The notes under the pieces: model-generated
Database searches by the model: none
What the model was told of the DNA's origin: nothing
Seen by the model: only the letters and a program-made list of their open reading frames with translations
Position numbers and translations under genes: made by a program
Shown here: piece after piece, positions 1 to 9,870 of the stretch
Position numbering within the stretch: position 1 is the stretch's first letter
Layout of the letters: every line of letters starts with the position of its first letter
DNA from: Candidatus Bathyarchaeota archaeon
Lineage (GTDB): Archaea; Thermoproteota; Bathyarchaeia; Bathyarchaeales; DTEX01
Direction: 5' to 3'
DNA length: 64,000 nucleotides
NCBI GenBank assembly: GCA_963714275.1
Contig: CAVQNT010000002.1
Span: 832,001 to 896,000, forward strand

Positions 1-99
1 GGTAGATTAACGGTTTCCTGTTTATTTGAACCTTTTTCTTGTTGAAAAGGTTTAGGTACCTAAAAGCTGAAAAGACAGGCAAGTTTTATACAATATTAA

Positions 100-420
100 T
101 TGAAAACTGATTTGTTATTGGAGGAGTCTTCGTTGAAGATTCTGCTTGATGAAATGTACGCAGGTCTTAAGGAATACTTCGAAACGTTGGGTTGGGAAGT
201 CGTGACCATTCAGGGCGCGGGGCTTAGGGGAGCCAAGGACAGGGACGTCGTGGATTATGCGAAGAGAAACGGTCTTTTGCTTGTCACCCAGGACCAGAAA
301 CCAGCTGACCTTGCTGAGCTTTTAGGCGTAAGATGCATCCTGATTTCGAACGCTTTGATTGCGAAGATTGCGGACGAAAAAATCAGAAATAAATATCCAG
401 ATGCGAAACCAAGCAAATAA
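100..420 (+). CDS. DUF5615/Mut7-C-like PIN-domain protein
   Basis: KILLDEM...GAKDRDVV...LLVTQD pattern typical of small PIN-like proteins; start may be TTG at 133. Confidence 0.65.
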   Translation: MKTDLLLEESSLKILLDEMYAGLKEYFETLGWEVVTIQGAGLRGAKDRDVVDYAKRNGLLLVTQDQKPADLAELLGVRCILISNALIAKIADEKIRNKYPDAKPSK

Positions 421-439
421 AATGGTTGAACAGCCTGCC

Positions 440-1364
440 TTATTCGCCAGTTAGTCTTTCTACAAGCAGATCCTCAAACGCGGAAAGGTTCTTCCATTCG
501 ACGGCGCAGTTTACGGCTTTAGCCCCGTTGTCGATTAGGGTGTAGCCGTCGTCGGTAACGTGGACGCCGAGTTTCTGCATGACAAGAAGTTTTTCGGAGA
601 AGGCCAAGTAAACCGCTACGGTGTCGAAAAGGATTGTGCTCTGGGTTTTGAACTGTTGCTGCCAGTCTTCGCGGCTTTTCAGCCAAACCATGTAGTTTTC
701 CATCAACGCTTTAACAACAGGGTCGTCGTATTCTCGAACAACACGGTACTTTTCGCCCTTAAGCACGACGAAGCCACAGGTGTCAAGCGGAGTGACCGTT
801 ACTGACCAAGGAGCACCAAAAACCTTCTGCAGCGCCTTTGGGTTCGCGCTTACATTGTATTCAGCGAGGACGCCGCCTTTTTTTCCGTCGTATCCCCAAG
901 GGCTTTTGCGGAGGCAACCGTGCATTCCGACGAACCTTGCGTTTCGGGCTATTTCTGGCTTCCGTTCAAGAGCAGCGGCAATGTTGGGAACTGGTCCGAT
1001 GCAGATTAACGTTACAGGTTCAGGCTGAATCTGTTATTGAGTCAATTATGGCTTTTACGCCGTCCTGATGCACTGTGCCGTCGTAGTCTAACAGTTGATA
1101 TGTTTTGACCCATTCTTGTTGCGGACCTGTTTTGTGGCTTTGGCGAACGCCGACTCCTACTGGAATATCGGTCCTCCCCGCGGCTTCCAGCATCTTGGCT
1201 ATGATTTTGGCTCGGTAGGTCGTGTTTCCCGTGTCGGAAACAACGAGTCTAACGTCAAGCTCAGGCGACTTAAGCAGCATCGTCAAAGCCCACGTGTCGT
1301 CTATGTCGCTTCCGATGTCCGTGTCTAAGATTACGGGAACTTTTTTCCTTGAACGTTGCCCCAT
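440..1364 (-). CDS. Nucleoside hydrolase (IU-NH family), split by one apparent frameshift near 1022
   Basis: DTDIGSDIDD N-terminal motif, IGPVPNIA and EYNV motifs across ORFs 1020..1364 and 440..925. Confidence 0.85.
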
Positions 1365-1432
1365 GCTTTACTGCCCCACCTTGAAAAGTGTCTTCAATGA
1401 ACTGTTTCAATTAGTAAAGGAACTGAGCGTGC

Positions 1433-2455
1433 TTATGGATACTCGAGCTTCACCGTTTCGCCGATTCTCGAGGACTCTTCGGCGGCTTCCATGACGGCTA
1501 TGACTCTCCGCGCTTCCTCAGGCTTAACTAGCAATTTGGTTCCTCGTAGCAGGTGGTCAGCGATGTTTCGGTAATACGCTGGATGTTTGCCTTTTCTGAA
1601 GTTTACCTGTGTTTCAACGGGTTTTCCGTCGCTGTAGGTCACCATTCGGAAATATTCTTTTTCAGGCACGGTCGTTATTCCGCCTTTGGTGCCAAGGATT
1701 CGCCAACGAGACTTACCTATGCTTGCTAGGCTGGACAGCTGCACATCAGCGACAGCGCCAGATTCGAAACGGATAACCGCTTCCACTTGGTCCTCGTTCG
1801 TGACGTCCATCCACACAAGTTTATGGAAGTAGCCCGTGACTCCCGCGATGTTGCCTGGAATGAGATTGAGAACCCAATCTAGAAGGTGCGCTCCCCAGTC
1901 GTAAAGGGCTCCGCCTGAAACCTTTTTGTTTGAACGCCACCATGTTCCCGGATGCCCATATCCGCCCATGAACGCTTCTAAATGGAAGACCTCGCCGATT
2001 TGCCCTTTGTCTATAGTTTCCTTTAATGCCATGAAGTCGCCGTCAAGCCGTCTGTTGTGGAAAACCGAAAGTGTCAGGTTCCTTTTCTTCGCTTCGTCGA
2101 TCATGGCTGTGGCTTCAGCCGTAGTAATGCACATGGGTTTCTCGACAATAACGTGTTTGCCCGCCTTCAGGCACTGAAGAGCCAAACTGGCATGAACGTT
2201 GTGGGGTGTAACAACTGTGACAAGATCAACATTCGCCTTCTTCAGCATCTTGCCTAAATCCTCGTAGGCTCTGATGGAGGGGAAATCTTTCTTGGCAGCT
2301 TCAGTCTCTTTTGGGTCCGCGTCGCAGACTGCGGCAAGCTCAAGCCCGTCTGTTGCCTTTATTTGGTCGCAGTGAGATTTGCCCATGTTGAACGCTGGTC
2401 CGTAACCTACCACGGCGCATTTAATCGTGTTCTTTTTCGCATTTTTTGTTTGCAT
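1433..2455 (-). CDS. Gfo/Idh/MocA family oxidoreductase
   Basis: Rossmann start, VIVEKPM, GGALYDWGAH motifs. Confidence 0.9.
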   Translation of the reverse strand: MQTKNAKKNTIKCAVVGYGPAFNMGKSHCDQIKATDGLELAAVCDADPKETEAAKKDFPSIRAYEDLGKMLKKANVDLVTVVTPHNVHASLALQCLKAGKHVIVEKPMCITTAEATAMIDEAKKRNLTLSVFHNRRLDGDFMALKETIDKGQIGEVFHLEAFMGGYGHPGTWWRSNKKVSGGALYDWGAHLLDWVLNLIPGNIAGVTGYFHKLVWMDVTNEDQVEAVIRFESGAVADVQLSSLASIGKSRWRILGTKGGITTVPEKEYFRMVTYSDGKPVETQVNFRKGKHPAYYRNIADHLLRGTKLLVKPEEARRVIAVMEAAEESSRIGETVKLEYP

Positions 2456-2597
2456 AACTAGTCCAACTTTTGAACAGTTTTTCCTTAAATCATGAAATCC
2501 ATAATTTACTTTTAAGCCTTCTTAACGAAACAAGTTTAAGCCACGATTCCTAAGATTTCTTAAAACATTAAGGCAAATCCGAGAAGCTGAGAAAACA

Positions 2598-3431
2598 ATG
2601 AAGTGCCAATACTGCAACAGGAACGTCGACCTTCCATTCAGATGCTCATTCTGCGGCATCTACTTCTGCGGCGAACATAGGCTGCCCGAAAACCACAACT
2701 GCCCCGAACTATGGCAAGCAATGGTCCGGCAGCCCAGCCTCGAAGAAAAGAGCCCGCAACAATCCGGTGAAGCGCGTCCGCCTCGGACTGTCAGTCAACC
2801 CTCTTTTCAGTACAGGTTCAAAGTGCAGAGAGTCGGCTGGATGAGCAGCACCGAGATGATTCACTTAGCCGCGGGAGCGTTGATAGTTATGGCTGTTGGG
2901 CTTTCTTGGGGTAGCAGTGGCTTAGACTGGGTTTTCCGTATCTTCTCTGACCCCGTTAACACGTTTGTTTCAGCTGCACTCTTCACGTTTATTTTTCTGT
3001 CTCATGAGCTGGCGCACAAAGCGGTTGCCAAACAATTTGGGCTCTGGGCTGAGTTTCGCATAAGCGCATTGGGTGCAGCTTTCACTTTAATGACGATACC
3101 TTTGAACCTGATCAAGATTGTTTCGCCGGGTGCTGTTAATATTGCTGGTGCAGCGGACAAAAAAATCATCGGAATAACGGCGCTTGCGGGTCCATTAACA
3201 AGCATAGGGCTTGCGGGCGTATTGTTTGGTTCATATTTTCTGATTCCCAGCAGCTCAGGTATTTTATTAATCAGGTGTGCATCCCTCGCCATTTGGATAG
3301 CCGTCTTTAACCTTATTCCTTTAGGCATTCTGGACGGGGCAAAAGTGTTCTGGTGGAACAAGGCTGCTTGGGCAATCAGCATCGCAGTTGCCTTCGCAAT
3401 AATGATAGTAACATCTAGATTTCTAGCCTAA
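2598..3431 (+). CDS. AN1-type zinc finger fused to M50 (site-2) membrane metalloprotease
   Basis: CQYC...CSFC...FCGEHRLPENHNC; HELAH and NLIPxxxLDG motifs; several TM helices. Confidence 0.85.
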   Translation: MKCQYCNRNVDLPFRCSFCGIYFCGEHRLPENHNCPELWQAMVRQPSLEEKSPQQSGEARPPRTVSQPSFQYRFKVQRVGWMSSTEMIHLAAGALIVMAVGLSWGSSGLDWVFRIFSDPVNTFVSAALFTFIFLSHELAHKAVAKQFGLWAEFRISALGAAFTLMTIPLNLIKIVSPGAVNIAGAADKKIIGITALAGPLTSIGLAGVLFGSYFLIPSSSGILLIRCASLAIWIAVFNLIPLGILDGAKVFWWNKAAWAISIAVAFAIMIVTSRFLA

Positions 3432-3528
3432 GCCAAAAACTGTATATATTATTAATGTGTAGTTTTTGGAATTTGTAAAAACCTTTTCAAGGATTTAAGC
3501 AGCAATAATTGATTCTGAAACAACTTGC

Positions 3529-4077
3529 CTATCGAGTTTCAACCTCTGCTGCCACGCCTTGTTTGATGAGGGTTTTGGCGTTTTCTTTCGGAACCGTCGC
3601 GACATCTTCGGGTTTGAACGGTCCGTAGGTTTTCATGTCCGCTCCCACTATTTCAGGGATTTCTTGAAGAATCCTAACAACCATCAGTCCGGGCGAGTTT
3701 TTGCCTGTTTCCTGTGGCAGTCGACCCAGCAGCACATCTTTCAGGAACGATTGGAGTGAATCTGTCTGCGCGGAAACATTTCTGTAGAGGCCTTCTTCCT
3801 CCTTAGTCAGCGTTGCTGAAGGCAGGATTTCGCCTTTTGAGACTGTGCGGACCATTTTTTCGTGGCGGGTTTGAACGAGCTCCTCAGCCATGCGTTTTAC
3901 GTTTTCTTCTTCCTGCTGCAGAAGCCTGCCCTTGACTGTTTTTTCGTCAAGCATCCGTCTTTCTTCTCGGAGCTTTTTTATGTACTCAGCCAAATTAGCG
4001 TAGAATCCTTTTGGTAGGGGCTGGAACTCAGCGTTTTCTTTTTCTTTTTTCCACGCTTCAAAAATCTGGTTGTACAA
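3529..4077 (-). CDS. GINS complex subunit (Gins15/Gins51)
   Basis: LPKGFY A-domain, C-terminal EIVGADMKTYGPF B-domain; follows priS. Confidence 0.85.
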   Translation of the reverse strand: MYNQIFEAWKKEKENAEFQPLPKGFYANLAEYIKKLREERRMLDEKTVKGRLLQQEEENVKRMAEELVQTRHEKMVRTVSKGEILPSATLTKEEEGLYRNVSAQTDSLQSFLKDVLLGRLPQETGKNSPGLMVVRILQEIPEIVGADMKTYGPFKPEDVATVPKENAKTLIKQGVAAEVETR

Positions 4078-4079
4078 GT

Positions 4080-5318
4080 TTAGTCCACCAACCTAGCTGC
4101 GTCCTTGCATAAGAGGAAGATTGCTGCCGCCATAGGCAACTCGACCTTTTGTTTTTCGTATCCGCCAAACCATTCATCCCCAATCCTGAACTTGTGGGTT
4201 TTCTCTACATATATTGTGGCTTCTCCCCTTTTGAATGCAACTGCACTTTTGAGCGGATCAAAAGAGTCGATGTTTGATGTCGGAAACGAAACTTTAAGCC
4301 ACCCCGTTTTTCCGTGAAGGCTGTTGAGCAGACGGATCAGCCTGTGAATGTCGGTTGTAACCATCGTGTCAATTTTTACGGATTGCCCTTCAACTGCGTG
4401 GTTGATGAACAGCTTCAGTTCCTCCTTGCCCACGCCTTTTATTATCCGCCAAGGTCCATTCTTCTCCCAACTTTTCAGGACGACCTGCTTGTTTGAAAAA
4501 AGGTCATTTGCCCTTTTCTCTTTCAATCCAAGGCTCACTAGTTCTTTCACGGTCGCAGTTTTCAAGAACTCGTATGCGCCTTTCGCGATTCTGCCTTGCC
4601 ATCCAAAATCGCTTAGGGCAGAACTGACTGTTTTTGCTGGTGCACGGGAAACAACCTCGACAAGGCTGAACAGAGACATATTTAGTCCAACTCCTGTGAT
4701 GTAGTCGACGATTTCTTTTCGGGCGCCCGCATCCAGCTCTCGGATAACGGCGTTTACGACATGAACGTGGTAGCCTCGGTGTCCGCTGAAGGAAACTTCC
4801 ACTTCTTCTGTGGAAAATCCGAATTCGGTTGTTAACATGTCAACAAGCTTGATTGTCTCTTTTTTTGCTGAGCCTAGGCATTCGTCGCATGGCCAGATTT
4901 TTTCGTCGAACCTTCTGCTTCCGCAGGCTGGGCAAACGTCGGGTTGGCCTTTGCCGCTGAATCCGCAGTCTTTGCAAGTCCATGAGTCGTGGGTTTCTTT
5001 GCATTTCGTAGCGATGTGGTCTGCGTCGATGTCGAAGTACAGGTCAGCGCCTAGCCAACCCTTGTTTTCCATCCTTTCTTCGGGCGTCTCGTAGTAGGCT
5101 GTTGAGTGGTACGCGTGGGCTGGAACGACCTCTTTCACATATGCCCTGAGCGCATCCGAGTTCGTGAAGCCTTTGTGCCTGACCATTATGTTTTCTTTGA
5201 AAATCATGAACCCGAATTCTCTTTGTTTGATTGATGGTGGCGCCTCGATTTTTACTGCGTTTTCTTCGTAGAACTCGGCGAATTTTTGGCGAATAAAAGT
5301 TTGAGAGTCCATTTTCAC
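4080..5318 (-). CDS. priS: DNA primase small (catalytic) subunit
   Basis: QREFGF, DLYFDID, FSGHRGYH, DIHRLIRL motifs. Confidence 0.95.
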   Translation of the reverse strand: MKMDSQTFIRQKFAEFYEENAVKIEAPPSIKQREFGFMIFKENIMVRHKGFTNSDALRAYVKEVVPAHAYHSTAYYETPEERMENKGWLGADLYFDIDADHIATKCKETHDSWTCKDCGFSGKGQPDVCPACGSRRFDEKIWPCDECLGSAKKETIKLVDMLTTEFGFSTEEVEVSFSGHRGYHVHVVNAVIRELDAGARKEIVDYITGVGLNMSLFSLVEVVSRAPAKTVSSALSDFGWQGRIAKGAYEFLKTATVKELVSLGLKEKRANDLFSNKQVVLKSWEKNGPWRIIKGVGKEELKLFINHAVEGQSVKIDTMVTTDIHRLIRLLNSLHGKTGWLKVSFPTSNIDSFDPLKSAVAFKRGEATIYVEKTHKFRIGDEWFGGYEKQKVELPMAAAIFLLCKDAARLVD

Positions 5319-5335
5319 TGCTAGTTAGCGGAGAC

Positions 5336-6370
5336 TTACTTCTTAAGCGTTCTCGTCTTTCGCGCGTAGTACCTAAGGGGGCTTCGGATAGTTTTGCACA
5401 CCTCATCAGGACCGGGGCACAGGGCGTGTGTCTTCAGGGTGTCGCATGTCGGCGACCTGTATTTGGTTCGGGAGCCCCTGTCTCCTGCTATGTGTTCAAC
5501 TTGGTACCTCGTCATTCTCTCGTTGAAGTCTGCTGAGGCGCGGAAAAGGTTCACGACTTCCTCAGGTTTCATGTTCACGTTTATTAGAAAAGAGGTCAAT
5601 GTGAAACGGCCAAGGTGAGAAATGTGGGTTCCAGTTTTTGCGGAGCCATAGAATATTTGGATGCACGGCGGAAAGGCTTCGTTTGTGACCTCTTTGGGAA
5701 ACATTGTGAGCCGAGCTTTTTCCATGCGGTCAGCGTATTTTAGGCTTAGATTGTCGATGCGTTGAAGAATCGGTTCGGGAAGCATGGACCTCACATTTAT
5801 GCTGAGCCGTTTTTCGATGCGTTTCCTGATTTCCTCTTGGAGAAGCCGTGCTGCCTCGCGTTTGTTGAGGTAAACCTCGCTGTTCACGAGGGTTCGGTTG
5901 ACAAGCTTCCATTCGTCTTCATGAAAAACCTCGGCGTTACGCAGGAAATCCGTGAAAAAAAGGGCGAAGTCGAACCTTCTGTAGCCAACAGGCTGGATGG
6001 GACTTCTTATTTTCCAGTTGAAAACTTTTGCGACCTCAATTATTTTTTCTTTGTCTTCTTCTTGCAGAAGCTCGTACGCCCGTCTTGCTTCAGCAAGAGC
6101 ATAACGTCTTTTGATGTAATCGTTGTTCGAAGCTGCCACCAGAATGATAGCCACGGGGAAAGACGGAATCTCTATGCCTTCTTCTCGCGGAAGGTAACTG
6201 ACCTGTGGCGGACTAGTTTTTAGAGCTTCGTCTATTCGGTTCTGGGCTCTGTCAACAATCGGTTTTAGGCTTGGGTTTTCAAGGTTCGTAACGTCCAAGT
6301 CTAACCGTTTAACTTCTTCAGCTGCGTCCAGAACGAACGGGTACTTAGCCAACTCGATTCTTGGTGCCAA
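5336..6370 (-). CDS. priL: DNA primase large subunit
   Basis: AKYPF, FPPCI, YQVEHI, Fe-S cysteines, SPLRYY. Confidence 0.95.
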   Translation of the reverse strand: MAPRIELAKYPFVLDAAEEVKRLDLDVTNLENPSLKPIVDRAQNRIDEALKTSPPQVSYLPREEGIEIPSFPVAIILVAASNNDYIKRRYALAEARRAYELLQEEDKEKIIEVAKVFNWKIRSPIQPVGYRRFDFALFFTDFLRNAEVFHEDEWKLVNRTLVNSEVYLNKREAARLLQEEIRKRIEKRLSINVRSMLPEPILQRIDNLSLKYADRMEKARLTMFPKEVTNEAFPPCIQIFYGSAKTGTHISHLGRFTLTSFLINVNMKPEEVVNLFRASADFNERMTRYQVEHIAGDRGSRTKYRSPTCDTLKTHALCPGPDEVCKTIRSPLRYYARKTRTLKK

Positions 6371-6416
6371 TCTTACCTTCCTTTACAAATCCTTCGTAAA
6401 TTGGAATGTGACCTTA

Positions 6417-7172
6417 CTATTCGACTTCTATTCTGGGCGCCAAGTAATAGACTAACGTGCCATCGTAGGTTTGTTTGAAGTCGAGGCGGATGGGCATGTC
6501 GTTCGAGAACTCGAGCGTCACAATGTCGGAGGTGGCAACCGCTGCCTTAACAATCTCCGAAAGGTAGCTCAAAGGAAATGTTGACTTCGAAGGTTCCGTT
6601 ACCTCAACAGACAACAGCGCGTCGCTGCCTTTTTTGAGTTCTATGCTTGCTCCCATGATGTCTCCTTTGGCGTTCATCGCCATGTTTTCGCCGTCGGTTT
6701 CCACGCGGACGTGGTCGCTTACTAGCGCAACGTCTTCGAGCGATTGGCGAAGCCCGTCTGTCGTTAAAGTAATCTTCGAGTTGAATGTGATTTTTGGTAA
6801 TCCCTGCTCTTCTTCGGTTGCCTCTAGCGTTGGCATCCTGAATGTGCGGATGTATTTTCCTTTAACCGTCATCACGAATTGTCCTGTGGTTTCGTCCAGA
6901 TAGAGCTCGACGGCTTCGTCTTTTCCTGCCCTTTTGAGGAGCTTCAGCAGCTCGCCCAAGTTCAGGCAAATTTTGGTTTCCTGGTCCGAAACATACTCGT
7001 CGAAGGCTGTTTTCTGCATAGTAAAGTCGACCATGGCTACGCGTGAAGGGTCCATGGCTCTGAGTTTGATTCCTTCTGTGCCTACGACGAACGTGCCTTC
7101 GTCAATAAGTGTCGAGATAGCTGTGACCGCGTCTCTCAGAAGCTTCGCGTCAGACATCCTAATTTTGAACAT
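6417..7172 (-). CDS. pcn: PCNA sliding clamp
   Basis: AMDPSRVAM and YYLAPRIE motifs. Confidence 0.97.
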   Translation of the reverse strand: MFKIRMSDAKLLRDAVTAISTLIDEGTFVVGTEGIKLRAMDPSRVAMVDFTMQKTAFDEYVSDQETKICLNLGELLKLLKRAGKDEAVELYLDETTGQFVMTVKGKYIRTFRMPTLEATEEEQGLPKITFNSKITLTTDGLRQSLEDVALVSDHVRVETDGENMAMNAKGDIMGASIELKKGSDALLSVEVTEPSKSTFPLSYLSEIVKAAVATSDIVTLEFSNDMPIRLDFKQTYDGTLVYYLAPRIEVE

Positions 7173-7290
7173 GACCTATTCACCGTTCGATAATTGTGTG
7201 TGTTTCTATAATTCAATGCACCTAGATTACTTAAATGTTTTAGACAAACCACAATTTAAACAATTTTGTATTGCTGGTTCAGTTTGAATC

Positions 7291-7401
7291 TTAACTAGCG
7301 ATTATTGATTTAATTATTAAACTATGTTTATGAGTATTCTCTGAATGTGTAGTTGCATTTTGTTTTGGCTCATTAGTATTAGCTTCTGGAATACTTGACA
7401 T
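7291..7401 (-). pseudogene. int(N): N-terminal integrase fragment ending in the att repeat
   Basis: ATG at 7401 after purine-rich AAAAGGGGAAAAAGAGAGA; reads MSSIPEANTNEPK-QNATTHSENTHK, translating the att in the same frame as int(C). Confidence 0.75.
7326..7363. repeat. att direct repeat, copy 1 (38 bp)
   Basis: GTTTATGAGTATTCTCTGAATGTGTAGTTGCATTTTGT, identical to 9833..9870. Confidence 0.97.
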
Positions 7402-7491
7402 TCTCTCTTTTTCCCCTTTTTAGCGTGTATATCTCTATCAAACTCCTTTAAATATGTAGCATCGTGTGAGCTGACTTTACTCTAAGCTTTG

Positions 7492-7508
7492 ATTCTAAGA
7501 GTAGAATT
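7492..7508. repeat. Palindromic 17-bp repeat ATTCTAAGAGTAGAATT, copy 1
   Basis: Identical to 8933..8949; ATTCTA-N4-TAGAAT dyad. Confidence 0.8.
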
Positions 7509-7561
7509 TCTGCAAGTCTCTAAGAGTAGAGGCTCTAACTCTAACTAGTGAAGTTAGCTAG

Positions 7562-7819
7562 TTAGTCTCTCATTACTTTTTCTCCACTTTTAAAGGAAAT
7601 AATTGTTGAATCGTCCTCCCAATCTATGTTTCTTTCTCCCATTAATGCAACTCTTACAATAAAGCCCGGAGGTAAAGGCATATGTTCAAAATAAATTAAA
7701 TCGAATCCTTCCTTTCTAAGTCTAGGCATCAATTGATTTGATATATATAGAGAAACAAGTCTTTCGGTTATTCGAGCTTTCCAATTATTTAGTTCGGAAG
7801 GACGAAACGAATATTTCAT
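7562..7819 (-). CDS. Hypothetical protein, probably truncated (element cargo)
   Basis: 85-aa ORF with GGAGA-type RBS; ends at a TAACTAGCTAA junction. Confidence 0.45.
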   Translation of the reverse strand: MKYSFRPSELNNWKARITERLVSLYISNQLMPRLRKEGFDLIYFEHMPLPPGFIVRVALMGERNIDWEDDSTIISFKSGEKVMRD

Positions 7820-8000
7820 TTCTTCTCCCTTATTGTTTATATAGAAATCACTATAAAAATTTTAGTGGCTAGCTAGCTTGATATCAAGCGGGACAGAAAG
7901 GGCTTTTACCTTCCACAAAAGGCAGTATATGGAAAGAAAACACCGAAAAAGTATTAGACATTTTTATGTCTCGTTCAGTATAGCTGAATTACTCACCACT

Positions 8001-8699
8001 CTAGCTAGTCCATTCTAGTGTTAAATTCCATCCTGTTAAAGCAGGTCCATCAAAGTAAACTTTTGAATCTACACTTATCCAAGATTCTCCGTTTATTGTG
8101 CCTAATGTTATGTATGTATCGTTTGCCACAACTCCACCACTTTGATAGAGTATTACATGAATCTTAGAATTATAAGCAGTATTTGTTCCGACATTGCAGA
8201 CGTATCCATAGACTTTAAGATACAGTTTGTCCCAAAACGGTCCATTGTCATCACCCTTCAAATTCACACCAATAAGTTTTGGTGTTATTAAAGTATTAAT
8301 TTGATTCTGCAAGTTTGTAATTTGAGTAGTCAATAAAGAGACTTGTGTATTTAGATCGGATATTTGGTTCTGTAGATTTGTTATTTGCGAATTCAATTGA
8401 TTATTCTGATCCGTGAGTACCAATATTTGCGAATTCAGTGAATCAATTTGAGTATTATAATATGTAATGTTTTCATCAAGCCATGTTTGTAAATAGCTTA
8501 GTAGAGTTTCATTCCGATCCAGCCAACTTTGTAGTTGATTCTTTTGGTTAGTAAGAATTTGAATTTGAAAATCTATACTTTGAATGTAACTATCTTTTCT
8601 GTTCACTGCTACTGCCATTCCTAATAAACCGACTGCTAAAATTATGCACAGTATTACTAGCCCGACGACTTTTCTACTTACAACGTTCTTTTCACTCAT
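8001..8699 (-). CDS. Membrane-anchored coiled-coil protein with C-terminal beta-rich domain (element cargo)
   Basis: N-terminal TM helix, Q/N/L heptads, C-terminal VYGYVCNVG...LGTING domain; GGGGGA RBS. Confidence 0.75.
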   Translation of the reverse strand: MSEKNVVSRKVVGLVILCIILAVGLLGMAVAVNRKDSYIQSIDFQIQILTNQKNQLQSWLDRNETLLSYLQTWLDENITYYNTQIDSLNSQILVLTDQNNQLNSQITNLQNQISDLNTQVSLLTTQITNLQNQINTLITPKLIGVNLKGDDNGPFWDKLYLKVYGYVCNVGTNTAYNSKIHVILYQSGGVVANDTYITLGTINGESWISVDSKVYFDGPALTGWNLTLEWTS

Positions 8700-8932
8700 T
8701 TTATTCCCCCCTTTATATTCGTTATAAAATAAACTCGTATGGCAAAGTGAATAGACCGATTACTATATCTTTTGTTGAAAAGGACATAAATAAAAATTTG
8801 TATTAACAAAGAAGTGTTTTGTGAAAAACTAATACTAATCAGAAAACTGGACTACCAGACAGTAGTGACTAGCATTGAAGCTCAGCTACATGATATGTAC
8901 TCTTCATGCACACAGTTCTCTATGAAGAAAAA

Positions 8933-8949
8933 ATTCTAAGAGTAGAATT
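8933..8949. repeat. Palindromic 17-bp repeat ATTCTAAGAGTAGAATT, copy 2
   Basis: Identical to 7492..7508; both are followed shortly by GCAAGTCTCTA. Confidence 0.8.
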
Positions 8950-9152
8950 AAGTCCTAAGAGCTAGCAAGTCTCTAGAACCTGAGAAGCTAGCTGACTTGA
9001 CCCAAGGTCTAAGAATTTAATTCTATGCATTGAAAAATCATAGTTCAATAGCAACTAAACTGGCTCGTACCTTGTTAACAGCTTCTTTATCTACACCAAT
9101 TTTTTCAAGCAGTTTGAGCACATTTTTACTGTCTGTTATCTTGCTTGCTGAG

Positions 9153-9870
9153 CTAGTACAGCATTGAAGCATAGTAGTGTCTTAAGTCGTAGAGTCTTAT
9201 TCTCTTAAGCTCTGAGTCATGCATCTTCTTAGCTAAGCTAGTTCTCAGTCTTTCAAAGGTGTTGCTGATTGTGGAAGACTTTAGGAAGATTCTGTCGTTT
9301 AAGTTGAAGCTGTGTCTCTTTACATGCTCAACTAACATACATTGAGTGTGAGGTTTTAGCTTTAATATTCTAGGGTTGCCGTACTTTGCTGAGTATACTG
9401 AGACTGTTCCTTTCTCTAAGTCAATGTCTCTGAGTGTGAGGTTTGCTACTTCTATTGGTCTGAGTCCACATTCTTTGATGATTGAATAGATTAGTGCATA
9501 CTTTCTTGAAGCATGTCCAAGCATAAGGTTTACTTTCTCTTCTTTTGGGACTACAAGAATCTTGTGGTCTCTTCTGTACTTTGGCTTATTCCAAGCTAAA
9601 CCATTGTACTTGACATAGTGCTGATAGAAGTCGCATAAGTTTCCTTTGTAGCTACTTGCCCATTTTCCTCTAGCTATGAATATTGAGACATCGCTTGAAT
9701 TATCCAAGTTCATTCTATTAGCTAAGAACATTAATGCCCTTAGCATTGTCTCAAGGTAGGCTTTGGAGTATCCTAGTTTCTCTAGCTCAAAACAGACTTT
9801 GATTATTTTGCCCTTAGATTCGAATGCACATAGTTTATGAGTATTCTCTGAATGTGTAGTTGCATTTTGT
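9153..9870 (-). pseudogene. int(C): tyrosine integrase body, C-terminally truncated
   Basis: CGLRPIE (R), SAKYG (K), YDLRH (R) present; stops at HYYASMLY before the LGH motif and catalytic Tyr. Confidence 0.9.
9833..9870. repeat. att direct repeat, copy 2 (38 bp), forming the 3' end of tfs
   Basis: Encodes TKCNYTFREYS-stop of TFS. Confidence 0.97.

Larger units (their letters stand above)
7326..9870 (-). mobile_element. Decayed integrative element inserted in the 3' end of tfs
   Basis: 38-bp direct repeats, split tyrosine integrase, AT-rich content, interrupts the tfs-pcna-priL-priS-gins cluster. Confidence 0.9.

Noticed and set aside
7480-7560. Short TCTAAG repeats as a CRISPR array
   Set aside because: No regular repeat-spacer periodicity and no cas genes; I saw no CRISPR array anywhere in the window.
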